Notes: generated by a model not told the origin, from the sequence alone. Shown: positions 9,691-19,621, counted from the first letter of the whole stretch. The stretch is DNA of 63,264 bases, filler included, from an uncultured bacterium (GCA_964499705.1; 3 parts of 3 records of this genome joined end to end with filler, not necessarily neighbours in it); one strand, 5' to 3'. Numbers and translations: made by a program.

Positions 9691-10407
9691 CTATCGTTTC
9701 CAAGACAGGAAATACAGAACAGGAAACCTCCGGGGACCGTGTACGGTAGACTCTGCCCTCCCCGGTGGATAAATCAGGCGGTCTTCTATCTCGAAATCCT
9801 CCACGACGGCAACGCGCGCGCTGATCGATTCAAAAGCCGCCCGCATTTTTCGAACCTCGACAACTGGATAGCGATCATGGAACCTGTGAACGACTCGCGA
9901 ATCGACAAGTGTAACATTGACGGCGCGCAGGTCCGTATCATCGGACTTCGACGCCGCTTCAAGTTGAAAACCACCCCCACTCGCAACAATCTCCCAGAAG
10001 TCGAAATATGCGAGATTACCGTCAGGCAACCTCCGTGGATGGCAGTGATATTCACGGGTTAAATCTTCCCACGTCGATACCGTTCCCAGTTCGAAGTTGG
10101 TGACAAATCTTCCGAAGAGAATTTCCGCGCGGCCCGAACTCCGAAGGCGATCCAACTCCCGCGCAAAGCGAGTGCGCGCATTCCAGAGGAACGAGCCGTC
10201 GTCCGAAAGTCTTTCGGGAAGCAGCGATCGATGTCTCAGATATTCCGAGTGGTCCTGATAATCGACGGCGAGAATCTGGAAATCCATGGTCGCCGCGGAT
10301 GACTCCGCCAGCGCTGAAGTCGGATACCACACAGCAAGACCCAAAAGCAGCAGAAAATACCCGCTCAAACCACGCCATAGCCCGTTCAAATCGAGTCTCC
10401 CTCCCAC
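9691..10407 (-). CDS. Secreted protein resembling a stand-alone, divergent secretin domain
   Basis: Signal peptide; motif order MDFQILAVD / LDRLRSSGRAEIL / SGGGFQLEA / YPVVEVRK / FPVLYFL parallels the secretin domain of 47380-49398. Confidence 0.5.
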   Translation of the reverse strand: MGGRLDLNGLWRGLSGYFLLLLGLAVWYPTSALAESSAATMDFQILAVDYQDHSEYLRHRSLLPERLSDDGSFLWNARTRFARELDRLRSSGRAEILFGRFVTNFELGTVSTWEDLTREYHCHPRRLPDGNLAYFDFWEIVASGGGFQLEAASKSDDTDLRAVNVTLVDSRVVHRFHDRYPVVEVRKMRAAFESISARVAVVEDFEIEDRLIYPPGRAESTVHGPRRFPVLYFLSWKR

Positions 10408-10426
10408 ATAAAATCCCCTTCTACAC

Positions 10427-13400
10427 CTACGGCCCCAGGATGATCCGCACGTCCTCCATGTCGATGTCGCCGTCCTGGTCCATATCCCCCAGCGGGATCG
10501 ACGACGGCGTTCCGCCGAAGCTTCTTCCCACGGAGAAATAATCCTCCGCGTTCACGCTTCCATCCTCCGTCACGTCGCCGTTTCGGAAGACGCGGAACGT
10601 CTTGTATCCCGAGTTCTGCTGGTTCGCCACCGCGTCCGCCGCCCAGAGCCGCCAGACGTACGTATCCGGAGAAAGTTGCGCGACGGCCGCCTGGAGCTGA
10701 GCGCTCGTCAGAGCGGAATCCGCGATCGGCGCGCCATTCGTGTCCGTCCGCCACAACTGGACGCGGTATGAATCGACATAGTCGCTGTCGGAGGAGGCGT
10801 TCCACGAGAGTCGCGTCGAGTTCCGCGCGGCGATCTTCGGGTAGGTCTCCGAGGGATACGAGACCGCCGCCACCAGGGGCGGCGCCGTATCGATGATGAC
10901 GGTCCGCGTCGACGACGAGATCTGCGTGTCGCCCTGGCTGTTGGACGAAATGACTCGCCAGTACAGCGGCGTGTTCGCCGGCAGATTCACCGCCGCCCCC
11001 GTCTCCACGATCTCCGTCGAATCATACGTCAGAGTCGCGAACGTCGGTGACGTGGAGAACTGGAGCCGGTATCGCACGGTCGTCGTGTCCTCGTCCTGAG
11101 ACGGCTGCCACCGAATCGTCAGCGAATTCGAGCGGGTCCGGAACGTCGCCGCGGGCGAATCCAACGGCGGCGGTGTCAGGGCCGGAACCAGGTTCGACTC
11201 CGGCGCGGCGGCGCGGAAGAGCGAGAAGTTCGACGACCGGATCCGGATCACACCCGCCGCCGTGTCGATCGTGAAGTTCGTCAGCTCCAGCCAGGATGTT
11301 CCGTTGTGCCGGTAACACTTCAACTGGTTGAGCGGTATCTTCCGGTTGCCGACAAGCGCCCGGCCCCTGTTGTCCAGAGGCGGCAGCGAGATCTCGATCG
11401 TGACGTCGCCCTTCGGCTGCTCCAGCGTCGAAAACTTCACGTCGACGACCGGGCCGCACGTCTTCGTCGAATCGGGAAGAGCGGAATCCTGCGGAAGGAT
11501 GTTCGAAATCGCGATGAGAAGCTTCGGAGCCTGGCCGGAGCTGTTCAAGGGGATCGCGGACGAGTCGAGCACGATATTCGTCTTCTCTTTCGTCGGAAGC
11601 GTCGCGGAGATCGTATCGGAATTGCCGAGGAGCTTCTCCTCGTGCGTCGTCTTGTTCGACGCGTTGTCGTGAGACGTCGAGTCGTGCGCGTCGGAGGAAT
11701 TGCCGGTCAACTGGATCGTGACGTACACCGCATTCGCGTCCACCTGCGGGCCGGTGCCCAAGATCGGGATCGCGCGCAGTTCGTACTGGCCATCGGCGAG
11801 GCCCGAGGCCAGCCAGTTGATCCCGATATTCCCGGAACCGCGGTAGTTCTCCGGATTGGCCTCCTTGTCGGAATTGGCAAGCGCCATGTCCGTGAACGTG
11901 CTCGACGCCGCGGCGCGGTATTGGAAGCGGACCTTACCGAGATTCGCGAGATCCGGATCGGAGGAAGTGATCGGTCCGACCTCGCAATGGACGACGCCGG
12001 TCTTGTTGACGTTCTGCTTCTCCGACCTCGGCGTGATCCATCGCATCTCCGGAGCCGAATTCGAGGCCAGCCGCGCCGTCGCCTTGACGACCGCCAATCC
12101 CGAGTCGGCGATCCCCGCTCCGGAAACGGCCTGAACCTTGAATGTGTACGTGACACCGTTCGCGAGAACGGCCGAGAGATACGAATACGCCGCTCCGGCA
12201 ACATGCGCACGCGTCTCGATGAGCGTGGAGGCCGTTCCCCCCGAACCGCTGTCCCAATAGAGCCTATAATATCCGGACTCCATGGAAAGCGAAGGCGACG
12301 CCGTCCAGTTCACACGGATGGCGCCGGTATCGAGCGGTTGAGCGAAGAGTCCCGGCACCTGCGCCGGCGGAGTCGTGTCAACGGGCTGAGTTTTCGTGAA
12401 GGAGCGAGTCGCGGAGTACGACGAGCCGTTGCCGGCAAGATCCAGAGCGCGGACTTTCCAGTGATACGTCTGCCCATTCGCGTAGATGAACGACGGCGTC
12501 ACGCCGCTGTCCGTCGTCGCAAGATCGATCACCGTGTCGGTGAACGACGAATTTCGCGATACGACGAGCCGATAAAGCGCGATCTTCGGACCGAGGCCGG
12601 AATAGATCGTGTTGTTGGCGGGAGTCGAATCCGCGGACGGCAGCCACGCGAAGGGCGTCAGGAACGTCGCGACGGCCGCCGAATCGGCGGGGACGACGGG
12701 AACCGGCGCGGTAGGCGGGGTCGTGTCGATCGTGAACGCGCCGGGCGGGGAGACGAAGAGGCTCGACTGGTACGACGCGATGACGCGCCACAGGAACCGG
12801 GAGTTGACCGAATCCGACGGCGGGATGAAAGCAAAGCTTGTTCCGCCCGGCAGGGAAGTTTCGAGCACGAGGCGCGTGAAGCCGGAATCGATCCCGATCT
12901 GGAGTCTATAGGAATCGGGCGGGTCCGATACGAACGTCTCCCAGCGAAGCACGATCGGGATCGTACTCGTCTCCACGCGATCCAGAACGGCCTTCGTGAT
13001 GAATAAGAACGTCCCCGGGGTCGCGACACAAACGATCGTGTCGGAATAGAATCCCTCGTTGTCGAACGGCCACGTGTTGTCGAACGCGGTCACGCGATAG
13101 TAGTACGTGGACTCGGGCTGGCAGGAGGAATCCGCGAAGTATCGCATGTGCGATCCGACGGAACCCAGCCTGTGCCAATAGGACGAGTCGGCCGTGCGGG
13201 CGCGATAGACCCGGTATCCGGCCAGGTCCGCGAGCCCGAGTCCGTTCTCCTCGTTGATCGACGCTATCGACCACGTGATGACGACAGTATGCGTGTCGAA
13301 TCCGAAGCCGGCGGCGGTATCCGGAGAACGCGGAGCGACCGTGTCGAGCGACGGCTCCGTATCGTTGAAGGCTCCGAGGCGAAAAGGAATGGTCGCAACG

Positions 13401-16400
13401 AGGTTCCGGCCCGAACCCGATATCTTCGCCTTGATCGCGATGCTGTCCGTCGTCCCCCACCAGTTTCGGATGAGCGAAAAGCCGTTGCCGGTCGCGTTTT
13501 CGACGGCTGAGTCGGGCCTGTACGGCGACGTGAGGAGATTATTCTTCACGACCGTGTTGTTGTTGGCCGTGTTTCCGATGTAGACCGCGCTCAGGAAATT
13601 CGAATCGATATGATTCTGCTCCACCCTGTTGAACGCGCTCGCGCCAACCAGGACCACGCCCCACTGGAGGTTATTGTTGAGATCGTTCCGGACGCAGGCG
13701 TTGTTGAAGGCGCTGGTGAAGCAGATGCCGTGATTGGAATTGCGGAACGCCCGGTTGCTTCGCAGGAGATTCCAGTCCGATTGAACTTCCAGATAGAAAC
13801 CCTGGATGTTTCCGCTCGCGCTGTTGTCGACGATCGTGTTGTTGTCGGAATTGGCGAGGTGGAAACCCATCTGGCCGTTGTTGTCCGCCGTATTGTCGCG
13901 AAGGACATTGGTGTCGCAGCCCGTGTCGAGATACACGCCGTCCATGGACGATCGCTCCGCCGCGACCGACTGGATCGTCGAAGAGTCGACCTGCTTCAGG
14001 AAGACTCCCCATCGGCCGTTCCGGATCTTGAAATTCTTCAGCGCGAGATCGTTGACTCCCGCGGCCGCGATCGACCGCGCGGAGGACGCGCTGGTGTCGT
14101 TGAAATCGATCACGGTAGAGACGGAATCCATTCCGATGACGAAGACTCCGTTGACTCCGATCCGGAACGTATCGGCCTCAAAAAACGTACCCGCGTCCAC
14201 AAGGATGGTGTCGCCTGCGGACAGAAGATTCTCGACGTCGTTCAGCCAGCGCTTGGGCGTGGAAGGCGTCACTCCGTTATTCGCGCTGTTTCCCACGGCG
14301 GACGTGAAACTGTCTCCGGAAGTCGACGTGTCGTTCACGTACCAGACATTCGGGAGCGACACATCGACGGGCATCGTCGTGGCCGGCACGATCGAATCCG
14401 AATACCACGACTCATTCGGATACGCGGGTCCGTTGTCATACGACGTCGCCCGGTAATACCACGTCTCGTTCGCCGAAAGCCCCGTGTCGTCGAAGAGCGT
14501 CGTGGCGCCGGCGGAGTATCCCCGCAGATACCACACGCTCGTGTCCGCGGTCGCGGATCTGTAGATCCTGTATCCCGCCAGGTTCACGGCGAACGGATCC
14601 GCCTCCTCGTCATTCGCAACGGGCGCCCAGGTCAACCGGATCGCCGTGTTGGACAGGGCCGTCGCGGCGACCGTGTCGGGCGAGCGCGGCGCCACCGTAT
14701 CGGCGCCCGGAGACGAATCCACGGGACCGAGGCGATACGGCATGTAGACGATGGAATCCCGGCCCGAACCGCGGATCTTCGACTTGATGTACAGCGAATC
14801 CGTCGTGCCCCACCAGTTCCGCCTGAAGTCGTGGCTCATGAGCGTATTGTTGAAGAGAGCTGAATCAGGACTGGAGGCCGGGCCCAGGATGTTGTTCTTG
14901 CCGACCGTGTCCCCGGTCGCGCCGTTCGTCAGGTAGAAAGCCCAGGAGCCGTTCCCGACCTGATGATTCGCCTGCACGACATTCGCGCTCGTCTGGTAGA
15001 GCCGGATGCCGTTCGTCGCATTATAGGACGCGGAATTTCCGACGATGTAGTTCCCGATTCCAGGCGCGATATAGAAACCGTAGATCGCATTGGAATCCGC
15101 GACATTGCCCGTGATCGTGTTGAAGGAGCTGTTGTCCATGTTGATGCCCCAGTTGAAATTCCGGTTCGTCCTGTTATTCAGTATCGCGTTAAATCGCGAG
15201 TTCGCCTCCAGAACGATGCCGCTCGAACCGTTCGAATCGGAGATGTTGTTCCTTATGGTATTCGAATCGGATCCCTGGCGCAGAACGATTCCCTGAAGAC
15301 CGATCCCGGAAGCGCTGTTTCCTTCAATGGTCGAGAGATCCACATCCAGGAGATTGATCCCGGCATACGCGCCGCGAACGCAGATGCCCCGGATCAGGAG
15401 CCCCTGCTGGGTGTCCGCGAAAACAGCGTTGAGCCCCGCCTGCTGCCACGAACCTGAGGGATCGATGATGGTCGCGAGCGAATCCTTGCCGATTATGGCT
15501 ACGTAATCGGTATCGATTCTTATGGAAGTAAAACCGGAACCGCCGGCGGCAACGATCGAGTCGTAGACGCCCGCGTCGATGAAAACGGTATCTCCCGGGG
15601 TGACGAGCGGCATCACGGCGGTGATGTCTCTCTTCGGTGTCGCCGGAGACAAGCCATCGTTGGCGTTATTGCCCAAAGTCGATGTGAACGAATCTCCGCT
15701 GGTCGAAGTATCGTTCACATACCACACGTTCGGTTGCGCGATAACGCTCCAGACCGTAGCGCTGACGACCGGCGACTCGGAATACCAGGCTTCGTTGACA
15801 TACGGCGCGGCGTTGTCATATGCAGTCAACTTGTAATGCCACGTCTCGTTGAGACCAAGCCCTGTGTCGTCGAAAACAAGCGTGGCGGAGTTCGCATATC
15901 CTCGCAGGATCCAAACGGAAGTTTCCGCTGTGGGCGACCTGTAGATCTTGTATCCCGCCAGGTTCGTCGGATTCGGATCCGCCTCTTCATCAAGTGTCGT
16001 CGGAGACCACGATACCCGGATCGAAGTCGTCGCCAGGGATACCGCCGTGACGGTGTCCGGAGCCTTCGGGGCCACTGTGTCCGCACCCGGCGACGTGTCC
16101 ACGGGGCCGAGCCGAAAGGGAATGTAGACGATGGAATCGCGGCCCGGGCCGCGAATCTTCGATTTGATGTACAGCGAATCCGTCGTGCCCCACCAGTTTC
16201 GGAGAAAGTCGAACACGCGCATCGTGTTGTTATAGAGCGCGGAGTCCGGCCGAGCGGCGCTGCCCGACACATTATTCTTTCGATACGTGTCGTCGGCCGT
16301 CGTGCCGTCCAGGTAATGAGCCCATGAAACGTTCGCGGAGAGGGTGTTTGCCTCGAAGCGATTGCCGTTCGATGCCCAGAGCCGGATACCGTTGCCCGCA

Positions 16401-17203
16401 TTCTGGGATGCCGTGTTCCGAATGAAGGTGTTATTGTCGGCGCCGGTGGCGACGTAGAAACCGTAGATCTTGTTGGAATCGGCGCGATTTCCAGCGAAAT
16501 AGTTGTATTTCGTCGAATCGACGTAGATGCCGTAATTCAGATTGGAGTCCGCGCGATTGTCCATGACCATGTTGTTCATGGATGTCGCATGGAGATAGAT
16601 GCCGATGGCCGCATTGGAATCAGCGACGTTGTTGGCGATGATGTTTGAATCGCAGCCGTTGCGGAGGTAGATGCCATGGAGCCCGTTGAGACAGGTGCTG
16701 TCGAACGCGATCGTGGAAAGGTCGACGTTGTAGAATTTGATCCCCTCGAATGCTCCGCGCACCGCCAGGTCCCGGATCGTGATCCCCGTCTGCGTATCCG
16801 CAAACACGCCGAAGAGTCCGCTCGTGGCGCCCGACCCGAGCGGATCGAGGATCGTGGAGAGCGAATCCTTGCCGATGATCCAGACAAGATTCGTGTCGAC
16901 GCGGATCACGGCGCTCTCGGAACCGCTCACCGTCGCGATCGAGTCGAAAGTTCCGGCATCGATATAAACCGTGTCCCCGGATGAAACTAGCGGCATCAGG
17001 GCGGGAAGATCCCGCTTCGGAGCGCCGGGGCTCAGGCCGCTGTTGCCGTTATTCCCGACGGCCGAAGTAAAGGAATCTCCGGTCGTCGATGCGTCGTTCA
17101 CATACCAGATGGCCGCATGCGCCGGCGACGCAAGAATGCATGCCAGAAAGACGATCCCGCCAAGCGATATTTTCGTTAGAACAGGACGAATCAAAGAACG
17201 CAT
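10427..17203 (-). CDS. 2258-aa secreted protein: three (WYVND-cap + parallel beta-helix + FN3) modules, further FN3/Ig domains, C-terminal dockerin
   Basis: Signal peptide ..SPAHA; NosD-like N-x-x-x-x-N-x-x-x-G-I-Y-L repeats; FN3 motifs (Y.YRVTA.D); C-terminal duplicated Ca-loops GDVTEDGSVNAED and GDMDQDGDIDMED. Confidence 0.88.
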   Translation of the reverse strand: MRSLIRPVLTKISLGGIVFLACILASPAHAAIWYVNDASTTGDSFTSAVGNNGNSGLSPGAPKRDLPALMPLVSSGDTVYIDAGTFDSIATVSGSESAVIRVDTNLVWIIGKDSLSTILDPLGSGATSGLFGVFADTQTGITIRDLAVRGAFEGIKFYNVDLSTIAFDSTCLNGLHGIYLRNGCDSNIIANNVADSNAAIGIYLHATSMNNMVMDNRADSNLNYGIYVDSTKYNYFAGNRADSNKIYGFYVATGADNNTFIRNTASQNAGNGIRLWASNGNRFEANTLSANVSWAHYLDGTTADDTYRKNNVSGSAARPDSALYNNTMRVFDFLRNWWGTTDSLYIKSKIRGPGRDSIVYIPFRLGPVDTSPGADTVAPKAPDTVTAVSLATTSIRVSWSPTTLDEEADPNPTNLAGYKIYRSPTAETSVWILRGYANSATLVFDDTGLGLNETWHYKLTAYDNAAPYVNEAWYSESPVVSATVWSVIAQPNVWYVNDTSTSGDSFTSTLGNNANDGLSPATPKRDITAVMPLVTPGDTVFIDAGVYDSIVAAGGSGFTSIRIDTDYVAIIGKDSLATIIDPSGSWQQAGLNAVFADTQQGLLIRGICVRGAYAGINLLDVDLSTIEGNSASGIGLQGIVLRQGSDSNTIRNNISDSNGSSGIVLEANSRFNAILNNRTNRNFNWGINMDNSSFNTITGNVADSNAIYGFYIAPGIGNYIVGNSASYNATNGIRLYQTSANVVQANHQVGNGSWAFYLTNGATGDTVGKNNILGPASSPDSALFNNTLMSHDFRRNWWGTTDSLYIKSKIRGSGRDSIVYMPYRLGPVDSSPGADTVAPRSPDTVAATALSNTAIRLTWAPVANDEEADPFAVNLAGYRIYRSATADTSVWYLRGYSAGATTLFDDTGLSANETWYYRATSYDNGPAYPNESWYSDSIVPATTMPVDVSLPNVWYVNDTSTSGDSFTSAVGNSANNGVTPSTPKRWLNDVENLLSAGDTILVDAGTFFEADTFRIGVNGVFVIGMDSVSTVIDFNDTSASSARSIAAAGVNDLALKNFKIRNGRWGVFLKQVDSSTIQSVAAERSSMDGVYLDTGCDTNVLRDNTADNNGQMGFHLANSDNNTIVDNSASGNIQGFYLEVQSDWNLLRSNRAFRNSNHGICFTSAFNNACVRNDLNNNLQWGVVLVGASAFNRVEQNHIDSNFLSAVYIGNTANNNTVVKNNLLTSPYRPDSAVENATGNGFSLIRNWWGTTDSIAIKAKISGSGRNLVATIPFRLGAFNDTEPSLDTVAPRSPDTAAGFGFDTHTVVITWSIASINEENGLGLADLAGYRVYRARTADSSYWHRLGSVGSHMRYFADSSCQPESTYYYRVTAFDNTWPFDNEGFYSDTIVCVATPGTFLFITKAVLDRVETSTIPIVLRWETFVSDPPDSYRLQIGIDSGFTRLVLETSLPGGTSFAFIPPSDSVNSRFLWRVIASYQSSLFVSPPGAFTIDTTPPTAPVPVVPADSAAVATFLTPFAWLPSADSTPANNTIYSGLGPKIALYRLVVSRNSSFTDTVIDLATTDSGVTPSFIYANGQTYHWKVRALDLAGNGSSYSATRSFTKTQPVDTTPPAQVPGLFAQPLDTGAIRVNWTASPSLSMESGYYRLYWDSGSGGTASTLIETRAHVAGAAYSYLSAVLANGVTYTFKVQAVSGAGIADSGLAVVKATARLASNSAPEMRWITPRSEKQNVNKTGVVHCEVGPITSSDPDLANLGKVRFQYRAAASSTFTDMALANSDKEANPENYRGSGNIGINWLASGLADGQYELRAIPILGTGPQVDANAVYVTIQLTGNSSDAHDSTSHDNASNKTTHEEKLLGNSDTISATLPTKEKTNIVLDSSAIPLNSSGQAPKLLIAISNILPQDSALPDSTKTCGPVVDVKFSTLEQPKGDVTIEISLPPLDNRGRALVGNRKIPLNQLKCYRHNGTSWLELTNFTIDTAAGVIRIRSSNFSLFRAAAPESNLVPALTPPPLDSPAATFRTRSNSLTIRWQPSQDEDTTTVRYRLQFSTSPTFATLTYDSTEIVETGAAVNLPANTPLYWRVISSNSQGDTQISSSTRTVIIDTAPPLVAAVSYPSETYPKIAARNSTRLSWNASSDSDYVDSYRVQLWRTDTNGAPIADSALTSAQLQAAVAQLSPDTYVWRLWAADAVANQQNSGYKTFRVFRNGDVTEDGSVNAEDYFSVGRSFGGTPSSIPLGDMDQDGDIDMEDVRIILGP

Positions 17204-17292
17204 GTCCGTGCTGGTTGTCTCATCTCTACCTCTCCGCCACTCGACTCATTCGAATCGCCCACCCGCATCAAGACATCCATCACCTTACCCCC

Positions 17293-17335
17293 ATGATCTA
17301 CCTCAGGATGAGAGATCGTCATCCTAGGGGATCAT
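17293..17335. promoter_or_regulatory. Imperfect inverted repeat upstream of the surface-protein operon
   Basis: ATGATC..CCT.AGGATGA-N7-TCATCCT-AGG..GATCAT; function unknown. Confidence 0.3.
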
Positions 17336-17357
17336 TATGTTGCCGCAAGACCTAATA

Positions 17358-17876
17358 TTAGACCTTCAGGTGAAATATTTCTTTGTACTTCTTCTTACAG
17401 TGACACAACTCATACGGTTCGTCCGCCGGCAGGCCGGGTTGCCGGGTCGCACCCACCGCCAATTCGTCGCACCGCTCGTTCTCCGCGTGCCCGTCGTGCC
17501 CTCTCACCCACGAAAAACTCACTTCATGCTCCTCGCAGAGCATCAGCAGCTCTTCCCAGAGATCCCGATTGAGCACCTGCTCCTTCCGCTTGTTCTTCCA
17601 GGAATTCGCCCGCCAACGCGCGGCCCATCCCTTCGTCATGCTCTCGGCGACATATTGCGAATCCGTAACGATCCGGACGCGGCACTTCCGCTTCAGCGCT
17701 TTTAGGCCGGTGATGACCGCCATCAGTTCCATGCGGTTGTTCGTCGTGAGCCGGAATCCGCCCGACATTTCCTTGCGGTGGTCGCCGTTCACGAGGACGA
17801 TGCCGTAGCCTCCCGGACCGGGATTGCCGCTGCATCCGCCGTCCGTGTAGATGACGACCTGGGGAGGACTTTTCAT
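17358..17876 (-). CDS. rnhA: Ribonuclease HI
   Basis: [45 protein letters not shown]. Confidence 0.96.
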   Translation of the reverse strand: MKSPPQVVIYTDGGCSGNPGPGGYGIVLVNGDHRKEMSGGFRLTTNNRMELMAVITGLKALKRKCRVRIVTDSQYVAESMTKGWAARWRANSWKNKRKEQVLNRDLWEELLMLCEEHEVSFSWVRGHDGHAENERCDELAVGATRQPGLPADEPYELCHCKKKYKEIFHLKV

Positions 17877-17938
17877 GACGGCTCGTACTGTACGACGAAT
17901 CTCCCTTTTTCAGCAAGCGGAAGCGGCCCCGCGCCGGA

Positions 17939-18748
17939 TCAGGCTCCGCTCGTGTTCACCGCGCCGCGCGATCCGCATTCCGCGATGATCTCCCCGGATT
18001 CCCCGTTCATCCACCTCCGCTCCGCCTGCCAGTATTCCGGAGCACTCCTGCCGGCCTTGATGCTCTCCATGGCGCTCACCATCAGGAGCGCCACGAACTT
18101 ATGCGACTCCAGGTGGCTCGCTTCCGTCCCGGTCCAATCCACGACCATGTCGATCTCGTCTCCGTCCACAGTCCGGCGATACGGCTCGCGCCAGTCCGGA
18201 TCCTCTTTTCTCAACAGCCTTCGCGCGCCGGAATGCTTGTGCAGGACCGTCATCGACGCCATCCCGGAATTGCGGCGCACGACGGAAAGCAGGATGTGAC
18301 CGCGGCTCCGGTTGTGCGTGTCGATCGAGCAGACGAGATAGTGCGAGGCCTCGTCGGCATCCATGCCCTTCTCGACGAGGAGCTCCTGCAGGGCGTAGGA
18401 CGCCTCGAGCATGGTGCGGAACGGACGGCCGCGTCCCTCGATCCGCCCGGATCGCCGCTCCACACGGTTGTCGCTCAACGTTACTCCATAGAGAGAACGA
18501 TAGGCTTCGTCGAGCGAAGTCGCCTTCGCCTGCCGGAGACCTTCGTTCAGCTTGTCCACGTCCGTCCCGAGTGTCTGGGGAAGGAAGGCCAGTCCCTGCG
18601 CCAGTCCCGAGGCGATGATGAACGGCGACAGCACCAACAGACCGATTCCGGTCGCCACCGTCTCCACCGGCGCGCAGGCCGCTAACAGCGCGGCCATCGC
18701 CGCGATCGCCCACATCCGTTTTCCGCGTGATCCCATTTTCTGAAGCAT
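17939..18748 (-). CDS. Hypothetical lipoprotein
   Basis: ATG at 18748 with GGAGGAG Shine-Dalgarno; lipobox LAAC followed by a hydrophobic segment. Confidence 0.65.
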   Translation of the reverse strand: MLQKMGSRGKRMWAIAAMAALLAACAPVETVATGIGLLVLSPFIIASGLAQGLAFLPQTLGTDVDKLNEGLRQAKATSLDEAYRSLYGVTLSDNRVERRSGRIEGRGRPFRTMLEASYALQELLVEKGMDADEASHYLVCSIDTHNRSRGHILLSVVRRNSGMASMTVLHKHSGARRLLRKEDPDWREPYRRTVDGDEIDMVVDWTGTEASHLESHKFVALLMVSAMESIKAGRSAPEYWQAERRWMNGESGEIIAECGSRGAVNTSGA

Positions 18749-18888
18749 GATTGCTCCTCCTTTGAATGATGGAGAAGCTTCACCGCACATATCATGCCGC
18801 GGGCAATTCGAGAATTATCAGCAACGATCAATCGGGAGTGCGCAGAAAGGTGCGCGGTCGGTGACGGGATGCGCTCGCACCGTCCGGA

Positions 18889-19440
18889 TTATTTCTTTAT
18901 CTGTATCCGAATCTCCGCCAATTCTTCTTCGGTCATACCCAGGAAGAGAAGGTCCATGGCGTCCCGGCTCGCTCCTCGATCGCGGTAGGCTTTTTCCTTC
19001 ATCCAACGGAGATCCGGCCGGCTTGCGACGGAAATAGGATTGTCCGCATCGTCGGAAATTACCGCTCGTCTGCGCAGTTCAGCGGCTGGAGCAGGAAAAT
19101 CCAGAAGGACATCCAGTCGTACATCGCGCTTCGGATGGTAGAAAAAAAGAGCGTCCGGCTTTTCCTCTTTGCATTTCAGCGCCGCAATCCCGGATTCTTC
19201 GATGAATCTTCTGGGGCTCCTATCATCATGAAATCTTGTGATCAATCTGAATCCCGCGCCATAAATGATGTCCATGAGTTCGCCAGGATCAGCGGAGGCT
19301 CGAATGACGATGTCGAAATCTTTCGTGACGCGGTCAGATCCATGGTGAATCAGTGCCGCCCCTCCAATAAGTACCGGGTCCAGCGACGCCTCATCGAGAT
19401 GACAAGCGATCTTACGAATCAGATCCTGGGCTTCAATCAC
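18889..19440 (-). CDS. Nucleotidyltransferase (AbiEii/DUF2204-like), putative toxin
   Basis: VLIGGAALIHHGSDRVTKDFD motif; LRWMKEK..RD..DL.FL end. Confidence 0.75.
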   Translation of the reverse strand: MIEAQDLIRKIACHLDEASLDPVLIGGAALIHHGSDRVTKDFDIVIRASADPGELMDIIYGAGFRLITRFHDDRSPRRFIEESGIAALKCKEEKPDALFFYHPKRDVRLDVLLDFPAPAAELRRRAVISDDADNPISVASRPDLRWMKEKAYRDRGASRDAMDLLFLGMTEEELAEIRIQIKK

Positions 19441-19621
19441 GTAGTCGCGGAAGCCTTACCGATACGGGATTTGGCTCGGGCTCAATCTTCCTCTTTTTTC
19501 GCAGGAAGCCAGCCGCTCTGTACGCAGCCTCATGCGAAGAATAACGCGCCCTGGACGTCGGCTTTGGAAGCTCCATTTCCGACGGAAGCAATTCGTCATC
19601 TTTCGTGGTGATCGTTCTCAT
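19433..19621 (-). CDS. Small protein (62 aa), putative partner/antitoxin of the nucleotidyltransferase
   Basis: Overlaps the nucleotidyltransferase start by 8 nt; same arrangement as 888-1217. Confidence 0.45.
   Translation of the reverse strand: MRTITTKDDELLPSEMELPKPTSRARYSSHEAAYRAAGFLRKKRKIEPEPNPVSVRLPRLRD

Noticed and set aside
1318-17203. True cellulosome
   Set aside because: No glycoside hydrolase or CBM3 motifs recognised and only one cohesin per protein
17358-17876. RNase H as part of a retroelement; odd C-terminal tail [16 protein letters not shown]
   Set aside because: Ordinary RNase HI with no RT nearby; the tail is short and may be a neutral extension
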